DNA of 64,000 nt from Lama glama (Eukaryota). The first letter of the stretch is position 1, and every line of letters begins with the position of its first letter. The position numbers and the translations under genes were made by a program. Shown piece after piece: positions 1 to 11,500 of this stretch. Below the pieces are notes generated by a model, which was not told where the DNA came from, made no database searches, and was given only the letters and a program-made list of their open reading frames with translations. Location: assembly GCA_028534125.1 (NCBI GenBank), contig CM052817.1:87670001-87734000 (forward strand). The letters are read 5' to 3'.

Positions 1-1573
1 TAATTTAAATGTGATTGTTGGATATGTATGAGACAGCATGCACTTAAACTGTACAAATATCACACTAAGTATATGGATGTAAATAGAATTTGGAGATTTT
101 TCTAAAGTCAGAAATATTTAAAGTTTGTACCTATAATTTAGCACTTAATCTTACATTATTCTGCTGATTGTTTAAAGTATGTTAGTGCTGTTAGCCCAGA
201 TTTTGCTGTGAACACTTTGAGGGCAGTGGCTATGTTTTTGGTTTGGAGTTTTTTTTCCTACATGCATGTGGCAGGAAGCCTTTGCACAATCCTGCCCAGT
301 TAGGCTGAGGGACTTCCTTACCACATGATAATATTTCCTTCATCTATGACAATTTAGAACTGGCTAAACTACTATGGTTTAGGCTATCTGATTAAGAAGA
401 GGTAATATATAACAAAGGATGGAGACCAGATATGAGATATTCTCTTTATAACATACCATAACTTTGTGAAGAGAATTTATAGTCTTTTTTTTTTTTTTAA
501 CTTTGAAAGTACTTTATTAAGGACTAAAGGAAATCTGCTTCTCCAGGACTAAAATAAGAATATAAAAAAAAATGTTAAAACCAAACACTACCATTTTTGG
601 TCATTTGGGTTTAAAATTACGTGTTACTCTAGGATAAAAAATTAAGGAAAATTGGTTCAAAGAGCTTGACTAGGATCAGATCTCCTTTTTGTTTATCTGT
701 AACAGGATGGAAAAGATATCAAATATCTCTGATAGTTTTAAAGAGGATGGAATTTACACATGAAGGAAAGAGAACATGACAAAAACTTTATCTTATATTC
801 AAATAAAGATTATAAGGGGATTTTGCCCCAGAGCCAATCTAATTGATGCCTTTATCTCAAGATATCACTCACTGTTTACTCAGTTTTTTTAAAAAAAGAA
901 TAATCTATAAATTAATGAGGGAGGGTTGTCTACCTAGGAAAAGTAATTATTCCTTCATCTTTGGTCAAAATTCACACAAAGTATTTTAACTCCTACTTAA
1001 TGTTTAGAAATACTTACAGCAAAATCAGTTTTTGGATCTGGAAAATGGGGATAGATTATCCATTCCAAACTTTCCTCTACATGGAGAAGAAACTGTCCCA
1101 GAAAATAGGCAGACTTGTTTACTGTAACCAAGTTGATCAGCAGCAGAGTCAAAATGAAAATGCACATTTTTTTCTCATTCTGGTGTTCTTTCTAAATTAT
1201 ATTGATGATTATAAGATTACTCTTGGAACAATACTATATATCTGAAGAGCACATAACCTTGAAAACACTAATAGTGTGTGATAAATATTTGATAAATAGA
1301 AAATCGTTGTCCATTCCTTTAAGATCTATCAACCTTAATTTCATTCAAGATGGTCATACATTCTAACTACAGAACATCATAAACCTATGACTCTATAGTT
1401 ATTATAAGACATGGTATGAGTCACCTTTGTGATAGTTAGCCAAGCTTATAAACCTTTCTTACAAAATTCAACTTAACTTACTTAATTCCATTATCAAATT
1501 ATTAGGCCTACTAAAGATATTTTTTATAAGGAATTGAATCAAACAGCACCTACTAAGCTTTGATCAACACTTT

Positions 1574-1935
1574 TTTTCTTTCCAGTTTTATTGAGATATA
1601 ATTGACATATATCACTGTATAAATTTAACATGAACAGCATAATGATTTGACTTAGACACATCATGAAATGATTATTAGTATAAATATAGTGAATATCCAT
1701 CATCTCATAGAAATACAAAATAAAAGAAAAATAAATAAAATCTTTCCTTGTGTTGAGAACTCTTAGGATTTACTCTCTTAACAATGTTCATATATAGCAT
1801 AGAGCAGTGTTAATTATATTCATCATGTTGTACATTACATGTACAACAAGTTCCTAGGGAGGACTTATTTATCTTATGACTGGAAGTTTGTACCACTTGA
1901 ACACCTTCATCCAATTCTCCTTTCTCCCACCCACC
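1574..1935 (-). mobile_element. 5'-truncated LINE-1 3' end (cetartiodactyl-type / L1_Art-like) with 14-bp TSD
   Basis: T-rich tail followed by CAGTTTTATTGAGATATAATTGACAT...GGAAGTTTGTACC. Flanked by the direct repeat TTGATCAACACTTT at 1560-1573 and 1936-1949. A sister copy lies at 18140-18455. Confidence 0.9.
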
Positions 1936-2856
1936 TTGATCAACACTTTCTAATTGCTGAAATTAGACTGAAATTAATCTAACTGAAAATTAATACACTA
2001 CTAATGGATAGGGAAAGAGAGATTTACCTCTCTCTTCTAAAAGGATTTTGCCTGTGCATCCCCACACCATGTTAATAAATGTCATGGAAACATACAAACT
2101 ACGTTAATAGGTGTCATAGAAACACAGAGAGAGAGAGATCAATTGCTCAAATTAGCCTTCACAGCTGCTTAAAGAGGCATCTCAGGCTTCCCAGGCCGTT
2201 CAGGTGAAATAACCGCTGGTTTGCTAAGAGTTTCCCTCTAGGGCCCTCAACATTGTATAACCATCCCGTCTAGTTTTATCTTCAGCAAAAGTTATTGATT
2301 CAGATCCACTGTGTCTGGAACATGGGCCAAAGAACAGCTGCATCTGGCTAGATAGCACATTTAAATTTCATTCTTGCCTGGTACAATCCGGGATTTAAAA
2401 AACATGATTTTATAGACTAATAAAGTGTGATCCCACATAATCTTCTGTACTATTGAAAAAAATTTGGAAAATAGACTTGTTTTTAAAGCCCATAGGAAAA
2501 TGCTGCTGTGATATTTATAATTCTGATTTAGACATAAGTAAAATAAATATCTGTTCAATGCTTGCATTCACTTACTCACTGAATTAAAGAATATACATCA
2601 CATAGTATTCATATTATATATCACCATGTGATCATATGTGGCATGGTTTGGGGGTAATTTGACTCGTCTTCTTTAGCACGTGAGTCACATCACACAGTTG
2701 TGTAGTCATGGAGATAAAAAAGCATGGAGTCAGAAAAGCATTGAGAGATGGTACAAAGCAAGAGTCAACCTTAAGCATTTCTATTTTGGGACCGGCCACA
2801 AAATATAAATGTTGTGATTCCTATCTATAGGGAAAACATATCTAGAGATATTGTAT

Positions 2857-2960
2857 CATTAGTTCAACAAACGTTGACTAAGTGCTCACCATGCATGAGA
2901 CACTGCCAGCTGCACAGGGGACACAAGCAGACAAAGTATATATAAGACAGGGCAAGTAGA
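2857..2960 (-). mobile_element. L2 3' end fragment
   Basis: TTCAACAAACGTTGACTAAGTGCTCACCATGCATGAGACACTG resembles the reverse complement of the L2 tail (TTCAACAAATATTTATTGAGCACCTACTATGTGCCAGGCACTG). Confidence 0.55.
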
Positions 2961-3490
2961 TACACAGCAACCGAGTAATTACTTGTATTAAGCAAATGCC
3001 AAAAAAGTAACAAGGCATTATGGACATTACTGGACATTCATGATCTGCCTGTCTATCTATCTTCTATTTAACCAGTATCAATTTTGTCACTACTCATATG
3101 AATTCTAAGATTCACCAGTATTCCTTTGGGATTTCTACATACCGTATTTTTTCACAATTTTCTAAGCCTGCTGCCTGGGCTTTAAATGTAACAGGACCCA
3201 CTCTATACCTGCATGTCGCTTAGTCATTTTAAGATCCCAATAAGCATAAAGATTTCCCTCACACAAAATTTGTCTTCAGTCTGCGTCCCCATATTACTTA
3301 TCATGCTCTAAGGGAGATAGATAAATGATAGAAATATTTTGTTATGAATCTTTTCCTATTTACCATAAACTCTTAAAAGTCAGGCAGATATTTATTCAGT
3401 CTGGAAAGTTTCAGATGATATTTATGACCTTTTTATGTTCTAATCTCTTGCAATTTTCAACCTTTATAGTACCTAGGATTCACATAGCAA

Positions 3491-3645
3491 GCTTATAGTT
3501 TGTACATTTCTAGTAATCTAATTGCTAATGATATTGAGAATCTTTTCTTGTGTTTGTTGGCCATTAATAAATCATGTTTGGAGAAATGTCTACTCAGATA
3601 CTTTGCTTATTTTTTTTAATTGAGTTATTTGCTTTTTTATTGTTG
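3491..3645 (-). mobile_element. Old L1 (L1M) ORF2 3' fragment
   Basis: CTAATGATATTGAGAATCTTTTCTTGTGTTTGTTGGCCATT...GGAGAAATGTCTACTCAGATACTTTGC is typical antisense L1 ORF2 C-terminal sequence. It is homologous to 58083-58225 in this window. Confidence 0.85.
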
Positions 3646-4223
3646 GAAGGGGAAAGTAGCCTCTGCTCTTCTCAATTTGCATGTCCCAGAGTGAAACCTC
3701 CTCCCTATCAATGAGCTGAGGTGAGAGTGCACAGGGCCCGGCACTCTTGGCCCACCACCCCACGGTTAGAGCTTCCATCCCTCAAGTGAGGGCTGGGTGG
3801 AAGAACAGAACCCTGGATGTCCCTGCTGCTCTTGTCTGGAATTGAGCTTTGTAACATGAAGAGGAAGGAGTGGTAGGATGATGAACGGTGGTGGCCTACC
3901 CCTCCCAGGGAGAAACCACAGCTGTAGACTCGGAGCTAGGGGGAGAGGCACCCACTCTTCTTGGCTGCATCGCCTGGAATAGAGCTTCTGTCAGGCTGTG
4001 CTGGGGAGATCAGGGCATGGCAGGGTTCAAATGACACAGACTTTCACTGTTCCCACCGAGACTTTGTAGCTTTTCTTAAACAAATGTTTCCCCATTTGCT
4101 GTATGCCTTTAGGATAATTTCAAGAGACTCTAAGTATTCTTTTCCATATTTTCACCAATTAGGGTTGTTCCTTTGTGGAGAGGGTCTGTGGAATTCCACC
4201 ATCATGCCACCATTCTGAAAATG
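3646..4223 (-). mobile_element. Probable old L1 5' end (5'UTR) fragment
   Basis: Abrupt GC-richer block ending in TTTTCACCAATT...TTTGTGGAGAGGGTCTGTGG...TGCCACCATTCTGAAAATG, similar to recalled antisense L1M4-type 5' termini. Confidence 0.55.
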
Positions 4224-4539
4224 CTGTCCTTGTCCATAGATATTTTATACCAAACTATGTTAACTGATTTCTTAGTAGTTTTCAGGAAGAATTGCCTCTG
4301 TGTTTTAATTTAGGGTTACCCTTTTACTTGGTATGACCTCCTGAATATTACTACTTAGAGAAATCTTACTCATTCTCTAGACAAAGTTTAAACATTGCTT
4401 TCTTTAGAAAGTTTCTTGATTTCTCAACTTGGCCTGTTCGCCTCAGTATCTTAATCCTTATCGCCTTTTATTTGTAAATAGCTTCAGTCACTCATTTTTG
4501 CCTTGGTTTGGAGTCGTTCTTTTTCATCTTTCTTTCTCC

Positions 4540-4645
4540 TCTGATGTTAAATTCTTCTTGAGAACTTATGTTTTATTTATCTTTGTATTTCCTACCTCCT
4601 TTTCAAAATGTTGGCATCTGAAACAAGTAACATCTAAATAGTTGT
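4540..4645 (+). mobile_element. L2 3' end fragment
   Basis: GATGTTAAATTCTTCTTGAGAAC..TATGTTTTATTTATCTTTGTATTTCC...TGGCAT...TAAATAGTTGT follows the L2 tail pattern. Confidence 0.5.
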
Positions 4646-5634
4646 CAATATGTACTTATATATGGAAATAAATTAGTGAGTGAACAACATAAAATTAGCT
4701 CACGATATGAAATACTGTGTCATAAAAGCATACATTTATCAGATTGTGACTTGCAAGGTTTTATATCATTTTACCTCAGATTTTTGTGATTCTTATATTA
4801 GCTTAGTCACATTCCATATATTTAAAATATATGAATTGATAAGAAAACATTAATATAATGGTGTGTTTAGTTTGTTCTGAATTTAGGAAAAAATTGTTAA
4901 GCTATTAGAAGGACACATAAAACAATGTTATTTAATAATTTAATATCCATCAAGAAACTTAAAAACGATTTGTTGGAAAGAAAATATTAAGTATGTCAAA
5001 TGGTGCAATTGTTCTAAATGTTTTTGAGTGACAATTACAGATGTACTTTTGAAGTTGAATTAGAATTTTTGTTTTTCACTAAACTATTTCCCTTAGTTTT
5101 GTATCATTATCTCAGATATCTTCCACAACTTTAATCTCACAAAAAGAAGAAGGAAAATGAGGAGGAGGAGAAAAAGACTAACTCAGCTCTCTCATAATGT
5201 CAGAATTTCAACAACCAATCAGTATAATAGCATATGTTTAGCAACAAAAAATATGAAAATGCATAGTGTACCATCATTACTAATAAAAGGCCAATGATAT
5301 TTGTGAAGATAAAAATAATGAAAACTCTAGAAAATATTTATTTACAAATTAACCTGCCAAGAACAAGCCTAATAATAGAATAGCAGCAATAACAGAAATA
5401 ATGGTTCACACAATTATGACCTCTTGGAAACCAGAATAAAGCACAATTTATATGGCATATTTTTAGATAAAGATATTGATAACTGACTTCTGAATATAAA
5501 TGAAAAGCAAAAAAATTCTCATTTATTTTTAAATATTAACATCCTATCGATAGAAAGAATAATCCAGAAAACAGTCTTCCTAAATCAACAGCCCCAGATA
5601 GAAGACTATGTAAGTTGAACAATTTAATGATGAA

Positions 5635-5760
5635 TTTGTTCATACAACATTTATTGATAGCTACTCTGTACTAAAATATTATATTAATATAAGACAATCA
5701 GAGGTTATATGTCACTGTACTATAAAACTAGAAACAGCCTTAAAGAGTTAATAATTTTGC
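5635..5760 (-). mobile_element. L2 3' end fragment
   Basis: TTGTTCATACAACATTTATTGATAGCTACTCTGTAC matches the antisense L2 tail. Confidence 0.45.
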
Positions 5761-6225
5761 TCCATAAAAATCAGGCAGTCAGGTGGAGTATTATACACCA
5801 TAAACAAAACATGACAGAGCTTGTTCTTTTTCCTCAGAGAATAATCTTCCAGATAGTTCTTAATCTACTTAAACCATCGTATTTCCTGAGGGATTTAGTC
5901 TTTTTCTCAAAGCAAAATCAACCAAGAGCTGAGAAGAATGAAAACTTGAGCAAAGAGCTGAGAGCAATGATAAAGCACAAAAAAAAAATACTAGAATCAT
6001 TAAAGAAAAACAGTAGCAAGAGCATTAACAGCCAACATAGCAGTAGAGCTACAGCTTAAGAATATAAAAGGGAAGAATATCCTCAAAATATAAAGTGAAT
6101 GAAAGGAAACAAACATAATGGCAAATACGTGGATTTTACCAGAATGACTTTTGGTGCTTCATAAATTGTACCAGGGTATAACCCATGGTGATTCAGACTG
6201 AGTAAATTGGGTTGATACCATAGAA

Positions 6226-6438
6226 CACAGGTCAGCAAGCTGTGGTCAAATCTGGTTGTCTTCTGTTTTGTCAACAGAATTTTATTTGAACAAAGCCACA
6301 TCCATTTGCTTCTGTATTACTTATGGCTCTTTTCACACTATAATGGTAGACTAGAGTGGCTGTGACTAAGACATTATGACCCATAAGGCTAAAAATATTT
6401 ACAACCAGATTCTTCACAGAAGAAATCTTCTGACCCCA
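6226..6438 (+). mobile_element. MER58A-like hAT-Charlie MITE, near full length
   Basis: Termini CACAGGTCAGCAAGC...TTCTGACCCC. Internal TTTTATTTGAACAAAGCCACATCCATT and CTAAAAATATTTAC match recalled MER58A. Degenerate 8-bp TSD CCATAGAA (6218-6225) / TTATAGAA (6439-6446). Confidence 0.85.
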
Positions 6439-6612
6439 TTATAGAATATGTGCTCAATGAGTAAGTCAGATATGCGGTGATTCCTGGAAAGTCTTCATTC
6501 CATCACACCAGGAAAGAATATAAGAGAAGCCTAAGAAAGTGTTCTGTGCCCCCAGATTGTGTAATTTATCTGAAGGTACAAAGTCTGCATAACTTCAAAA
6601 GCTTATAATATC

Positions 6613-7066
6613 TGCCTTAGTTCAGTTTCCCTGGAAGCAGAGACTGAGAAGGAGACTTGAGTACCAGTGACATAACAAGGGAGTGTGTTTCATGGAAAAA
6701 ATAAATAAAATCTGCACTGGGTGAAAGGTAAAGGTGAGGGGTAACCAAATACATCAACTCTATTCAAGTCTAGCCTTTGCTAGATCCACAGAGTAGGAAG
6801 GGACCTCTAAAATAAATCTTCCTGTTGAGTTTTGCCCTTCTGAAGCAAAAATACCCTTATACCATCCATTCATTGGATAGAAACTGCCCCCATTATAGTG
6901 GGTGAGTATGTAACCTCCCAACAAAGGTGGCTTCTTCAGGCGGAATCAATTACCTAGGAAAGGGGACAGCAATGAGCATTAGCAGCCAGCACTTACAATA
7001 GCTGGAGGACGGGTGCTCCAGCCTGGTACAGGAGATCTGAGTAGGGGACCAACATCATCTACTATA
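6613..7066 (-). mobile_element. Solo LTR, LTR16 family (ERVL), with 5-bp TSD
   Basis: Begins TGCCTTAGTTCAGTTTCCCTGGAAGCAGAGACTGAGA and ends GATCTGAGTAGGGGACCAACATCATCTACTATA. Perfect TSD ATATC at 6608-6612 and 7067-7071. Confidence 0.85.
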
Positions 7067-8109
7067 ATATCTTACTCAAATAACTATCTACTATCTTGTG
7101 AATTTCTGTCTTGATCACTACCAAATAATATAACCACTTGATAGGCATTCAGTAAACTGCTTACTATGTGAGTTTATTTGCTAATCATCACCAGATGAAT
7201 AAGGTTAATATTAGTGCTTTTATAATTAAGCAGAAGGATGATGGGAGGGGAAAGTAACTCTCACTCTTTGGTTTGCATAATCTGAAAAGTTAAACTTGAT
7301 CAATTGTCTTCCACTGACCAACAGCAAAGACTTCAGTGGCAATAACGTTCATAAGATCCATCCTTACCAATGCTACAGTAATACAAGCATAGTATTTCTT
7401 TTATCTTGTTTACACTTGCAAGGCAAAAGAAATAAAAATTGTCAGAAAAACTCAGCAGTTCACATAAATTTACCTCTTCTTAAACATTTTTCTTTATAAC
7501 ATAACAAAAGCACAGAGGATCATGCTGTATTTTATTGATACTGTAAATAAATAGTTTTTTTGTTGTTGTTAAAAGACTTTCGTCCTCATGGTTTCCTCTC
7601 TCCCATTGCTTTCCACAAGTTTTAGGAACAAACTAAGAATAATTACAACCAAATATTTCTTCCTCCCACCTCCTGCACCAAGCAATCTGTCCTTAGTGTT
7701 CTTGTACAAAAAACACTCTGTGTTAGACTATGAAAAGGGATGACAGCATTAAAAAAAAAAGTATCAAATGAAGAAATTCATAAAATGGTTGTAAATCCTA
7801 TTTTAAATAATCATTACTCATTGTTATCTGGTCCTCCTGCACAGATTTTGAAGCAATATATACAGATTCACTAGTTATGTCTTCAAACATGCATATTCTT
7901 TCTTTATTTGTGACAGCAGTAGCCTGACATTGAAGAACTCAGAATGGTGCCTGAATAGAGAAAATGATCCCACTGAAGCTTACCTACTGAAAGCAACCTG
8001 CATTAGTCACTGTAGGGATTATTATGATATTTGCTTCTTTAATAGATTCAGGAAATATCAGAACATTGTTTTCTACATCATGCTACAATTTAAGCCCAAC
8101 ACATGCATG

Positions 8110-8203
8110 CTGTTGTTCGGCTCCTCGATATATCCCAGGTGTCTAGAATGGAGCCTGGCATATAATGAGCTCTAATGTTAGATGAGATAATGAACGAATG
8201 AAT
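8110..8203 (+). mobile_element. L2 3' end fragment
   Basis: TATATCCCAGGTGTCTAGAATGGAGCCTGGCATATAATGAGCTC...AATGAACGAATGAAT. Confidence 0.7.
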
Positions 8204-9994
8204 ATATTATGATCTGGATTCTACCTATTTTCAGTAATACTGTGGAGTGTTAGAAATTCTTTTCTTCTTGAGTGATTCAAATCATCTGCTTCTGTATTTT
8301 CTGTCATAAACGTAACAAAAAGATCTATTGAGAGTGTGTTTTGTAGGCATTAAAAGAGGAGTTGGACAGATATTTAGAAGAACTTAGTAACATAGGGAAG
8401 GAGACTGAAAAGACAGCAGGGTATAATTCTAAGTAGAATGAGCTTTGAACATTCTAAGTGAAATACAAATCAGTAACGCTTTGCTCAGTGCCTGCTCTTG
8501 CTTTTCTTGCTTTTTGTTTTCCCATAATTCTAACCCTTCATGTTCACAGTCCTCTTCAAGAAAAGTGAATTTTCTGTCAATTTTAGACAGCCAGAGAGAC
8601 TTAAAACAAAAATGATTGACTCTTTATCCCTTTTATTCCAAGTACGCATTCTCACTTTTATTATTATTGCCTATTACTCTTAACATATTCAGCTCTAGAT
8701 TTTCCGTTATGAATCTCATTGTGTGTATTTTTAAATTCGAGTAACTGAAACTTTGATCAAATGTACAACTTGTACATCAGAGAATTAAGGATGTTTGCTG
8801 AGGTCTCTTCTCTCAGAGACTTCATGTATATATATGTATGTTTTTAAGAAAAAGCATAAAGCTTTTTTATCAAAAGGAGACTAACATTTTTACATACAAA
8901 AACTATTACTTTGAATACACACTTTGAATATAGGTTAATTGTATTTTTTCCTATTTAAAATTTAAAATGGAATCACCTATTAAGAGAGGAATATTATTAC
9001 TGCAAGTGAAATGCAATTTACATTAAAATGCACTTGAAGAAATCTAAGTGAATAAAACCTTAAATGGACAAATTACCTCCTTCTGGTATTAAATATTAGG
9101 CAGACATCATTTGGAGCATTGAGGTTAAATTTGAACAAATTATTGTAACTTGATCAACTATTTGAATGGAATCTGTATGTGTATGGAAAATTGTACAATG
9201 TAAAAGGCTGGTATCTATTTTTTGACTTTTCAGGGATCTATATGGCACTATTTATCACATATATTTTTGCATTGTTATTGACTGCAACAAGTCAGAGGGT
9301 TATAATGCTTCCTGCAGGGGGATGATAGTGTGGGAAAACAGAAATAACAGAAATGAAAGCGTATTATAGACTTCTGAATAAAATGTCTTTAAAATGTCTT
9401 CCTGCTGATTCAGAGTAAGCATCAAAACTCTGTTTTGAGAAATATATCTCTGGAACATTACTCTGTATGGAGTATAGTAAATAAAGACTAGCCTCATCTG
9501 GATTTAGTTCTTAAGTAAAAGTTAACATAGAAATGAAATCACCCACAAATTTCTAAATCAATTTCTGTCATATAATCCTCTCACTTTTCTTCTTTTCCAC
9601 CAATGTATTGTTAATTAAAACCATTTTGTATTCACAAACCCCTTTTATTCATGGAATGCAACGTAATGAAGAGGCACTATGCAAGATGGGCTAAAGCTTA
9701 TTTTGAAAACGGATCAAATAACAATCAACTTCAAAGCTTTAAATTTGAATGGTCTTTTTCAAAAATTCAGACATGTTAAAATAGTATTTTAACTTTCTCT
9801 GCATGTTCTATGTAGATTTAGTCGATAATTTCTTATCCGTGGTGAGTTTTAGAAATAACCGTAATTTTAAAATGATTTAACTCATTTAATCATATACCTA
9901 ATTATGCTCTGTTAATTATTATTCATTTCTTTGTTTTTTTGTTACTTACTGAAGCTGGAGTTTTCTAGTATTCAAATTTCTTTCATATATATGA

Positions 9995-10705
9995 GAATCT
10001 ACTAAATTCCAGACCAACATATCCAACTGCTTATTAAGCGTCTACAAACTTGGATGTCTAAAAGGAACCCAAACTCATCTACATATCTGGGCTCATTACT
10101 TTTTCCATCAAACCAGTGTTTGCTCTCTCATCTGTTTAGATGTTGAAGCCAAAATGCAAAAGGTGGAGCCAGTCCTTGCCAAGTCTCTTTCTTTCCAGCT
10201 TCGTATTTAATCCCACATCAATTCTTGCCAGTTTTACCCCTATATGTATGAACTTCTCTCCATTTCCATCCTCACCGTTTGTAACCCAGCTGCCATACCA
10301 TTTTTTTCCTGCACTGATGCAACATCTCCTACATCTCCGCATTTACTTTTATATTTTTTATTATATATATTAGAGCTAAAGCAATCTTTCAAGGTGACAA
10401 TCTGAGCATGTTACCCCACTATAAAAATGTTACATTGATCGCAATGCTATAAAGAGAAACACCAACAATTTCAACATACAAGTCTCTTCATAAAATGCTA
10501 CATATTTGATAAATTAAGTTAGGTTTCCTCACTATATATTACTATAATGGTCCAGTTTTCCTTATAAAACATATGAAAAGTTGTACATACATAGTTGTCT
10601 CTTATCTTTCCCATTTAAGATTTAGAGGGCAGAGAGCTTGCCTATCTGACTCAGCCTGCTTTATCTGGTATCTGACCTGACTGGTTCTGAATGAATACAT
10701 GAATC
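9995..10705 (+). mobile_element. L2 (L2a-like) 3' region
   Basis: TCCAGACCAACATATCCAACTGC...CTTGGATGTCTAA...CAATCTGAGCATGTTACCCC...GAGGGCAGAGAGCTTG...TGAATGAATACATGAAT. Confidence 0.75.
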
Positions 10706-11189
10706 ACAGGAAAACACAGGAGAAAAATTACCAGGCTATGTATGCATGAAGGGAAATGTAAAAATAATAAAGTAATAGTTAATTTTGAAAGTCTTAACTA
10801 GGAGGAAATGAATAAAATATTTCATCTGACAATTGAACAAAGGTAATTTAGTAATGAAAAATTTACTCTTGAACTCAACATACATTTCATAGGAGTTCAT
10901 AGTGTTTTAGAAACTCAATTGCTGACAGAAAACTCATCACCAATATTGTACAGAAACTGATGTAATTGAACTGATATGAGAGGTATTCTAATACAGAAAT
11001 TTGAAAGAGACATTACAACCACAAATGAGAATTAGGGAGACCTGCATAAGTATTTGGGAAATGGTTAAGAATTTGACCACAGGACTTTAGTTAATACTGA
11101 AGAAAAAAATCCTAAGAGCATTTGATGATAAAAGCAATAAACAGTCATAGATAGAGAAATTATTAAATAAAGAATTCTTTGGTCATAGT

Positions 11190-11500
11190 AACAGATGCTA
11201 TGGAGCCATTAAACAGAACAAGATCAATAGGTAGCACTGACCTAGAAATGTATCAACAGCTTTTTTTGTTGCTGAAAAAGGTTAAGTTGCAAAATAAGAT
11301 ACATGTGTGTATGCCTAAATCTTACAAATGCATAGTAAACAGTCTAAAATGTACATAACACATATGCCAAACTGCTAATAATGATTACTCTAGGGAGGGT
11401 ACTTACATGGCAAATGAAATTATTTTAAGTATTGTTATATATTACTTTCTTATTTACATGCTTATAGTATATGTTTTTTATTGCTTTTGTCATTGTGAAA
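11190..11500 (+). mobile_element. Very old L1 (L1ME-like) 3' UTR fragment
   Basis: ATGCTATGGAGCCATTAAA...GAAAAAGGTTAAGTTGCAAAATA...CCAAACTGCTAATAATGATTACTCTAGGGAG follows the L1ME 3' pattern. Confidence 0.5.

Noticed and set aside
5709..6059. 116-aa lysine-rich ORF
   Set aside because: A-rich composition explains it; it overlaps an L2 remnant and shows no recognisable domain.
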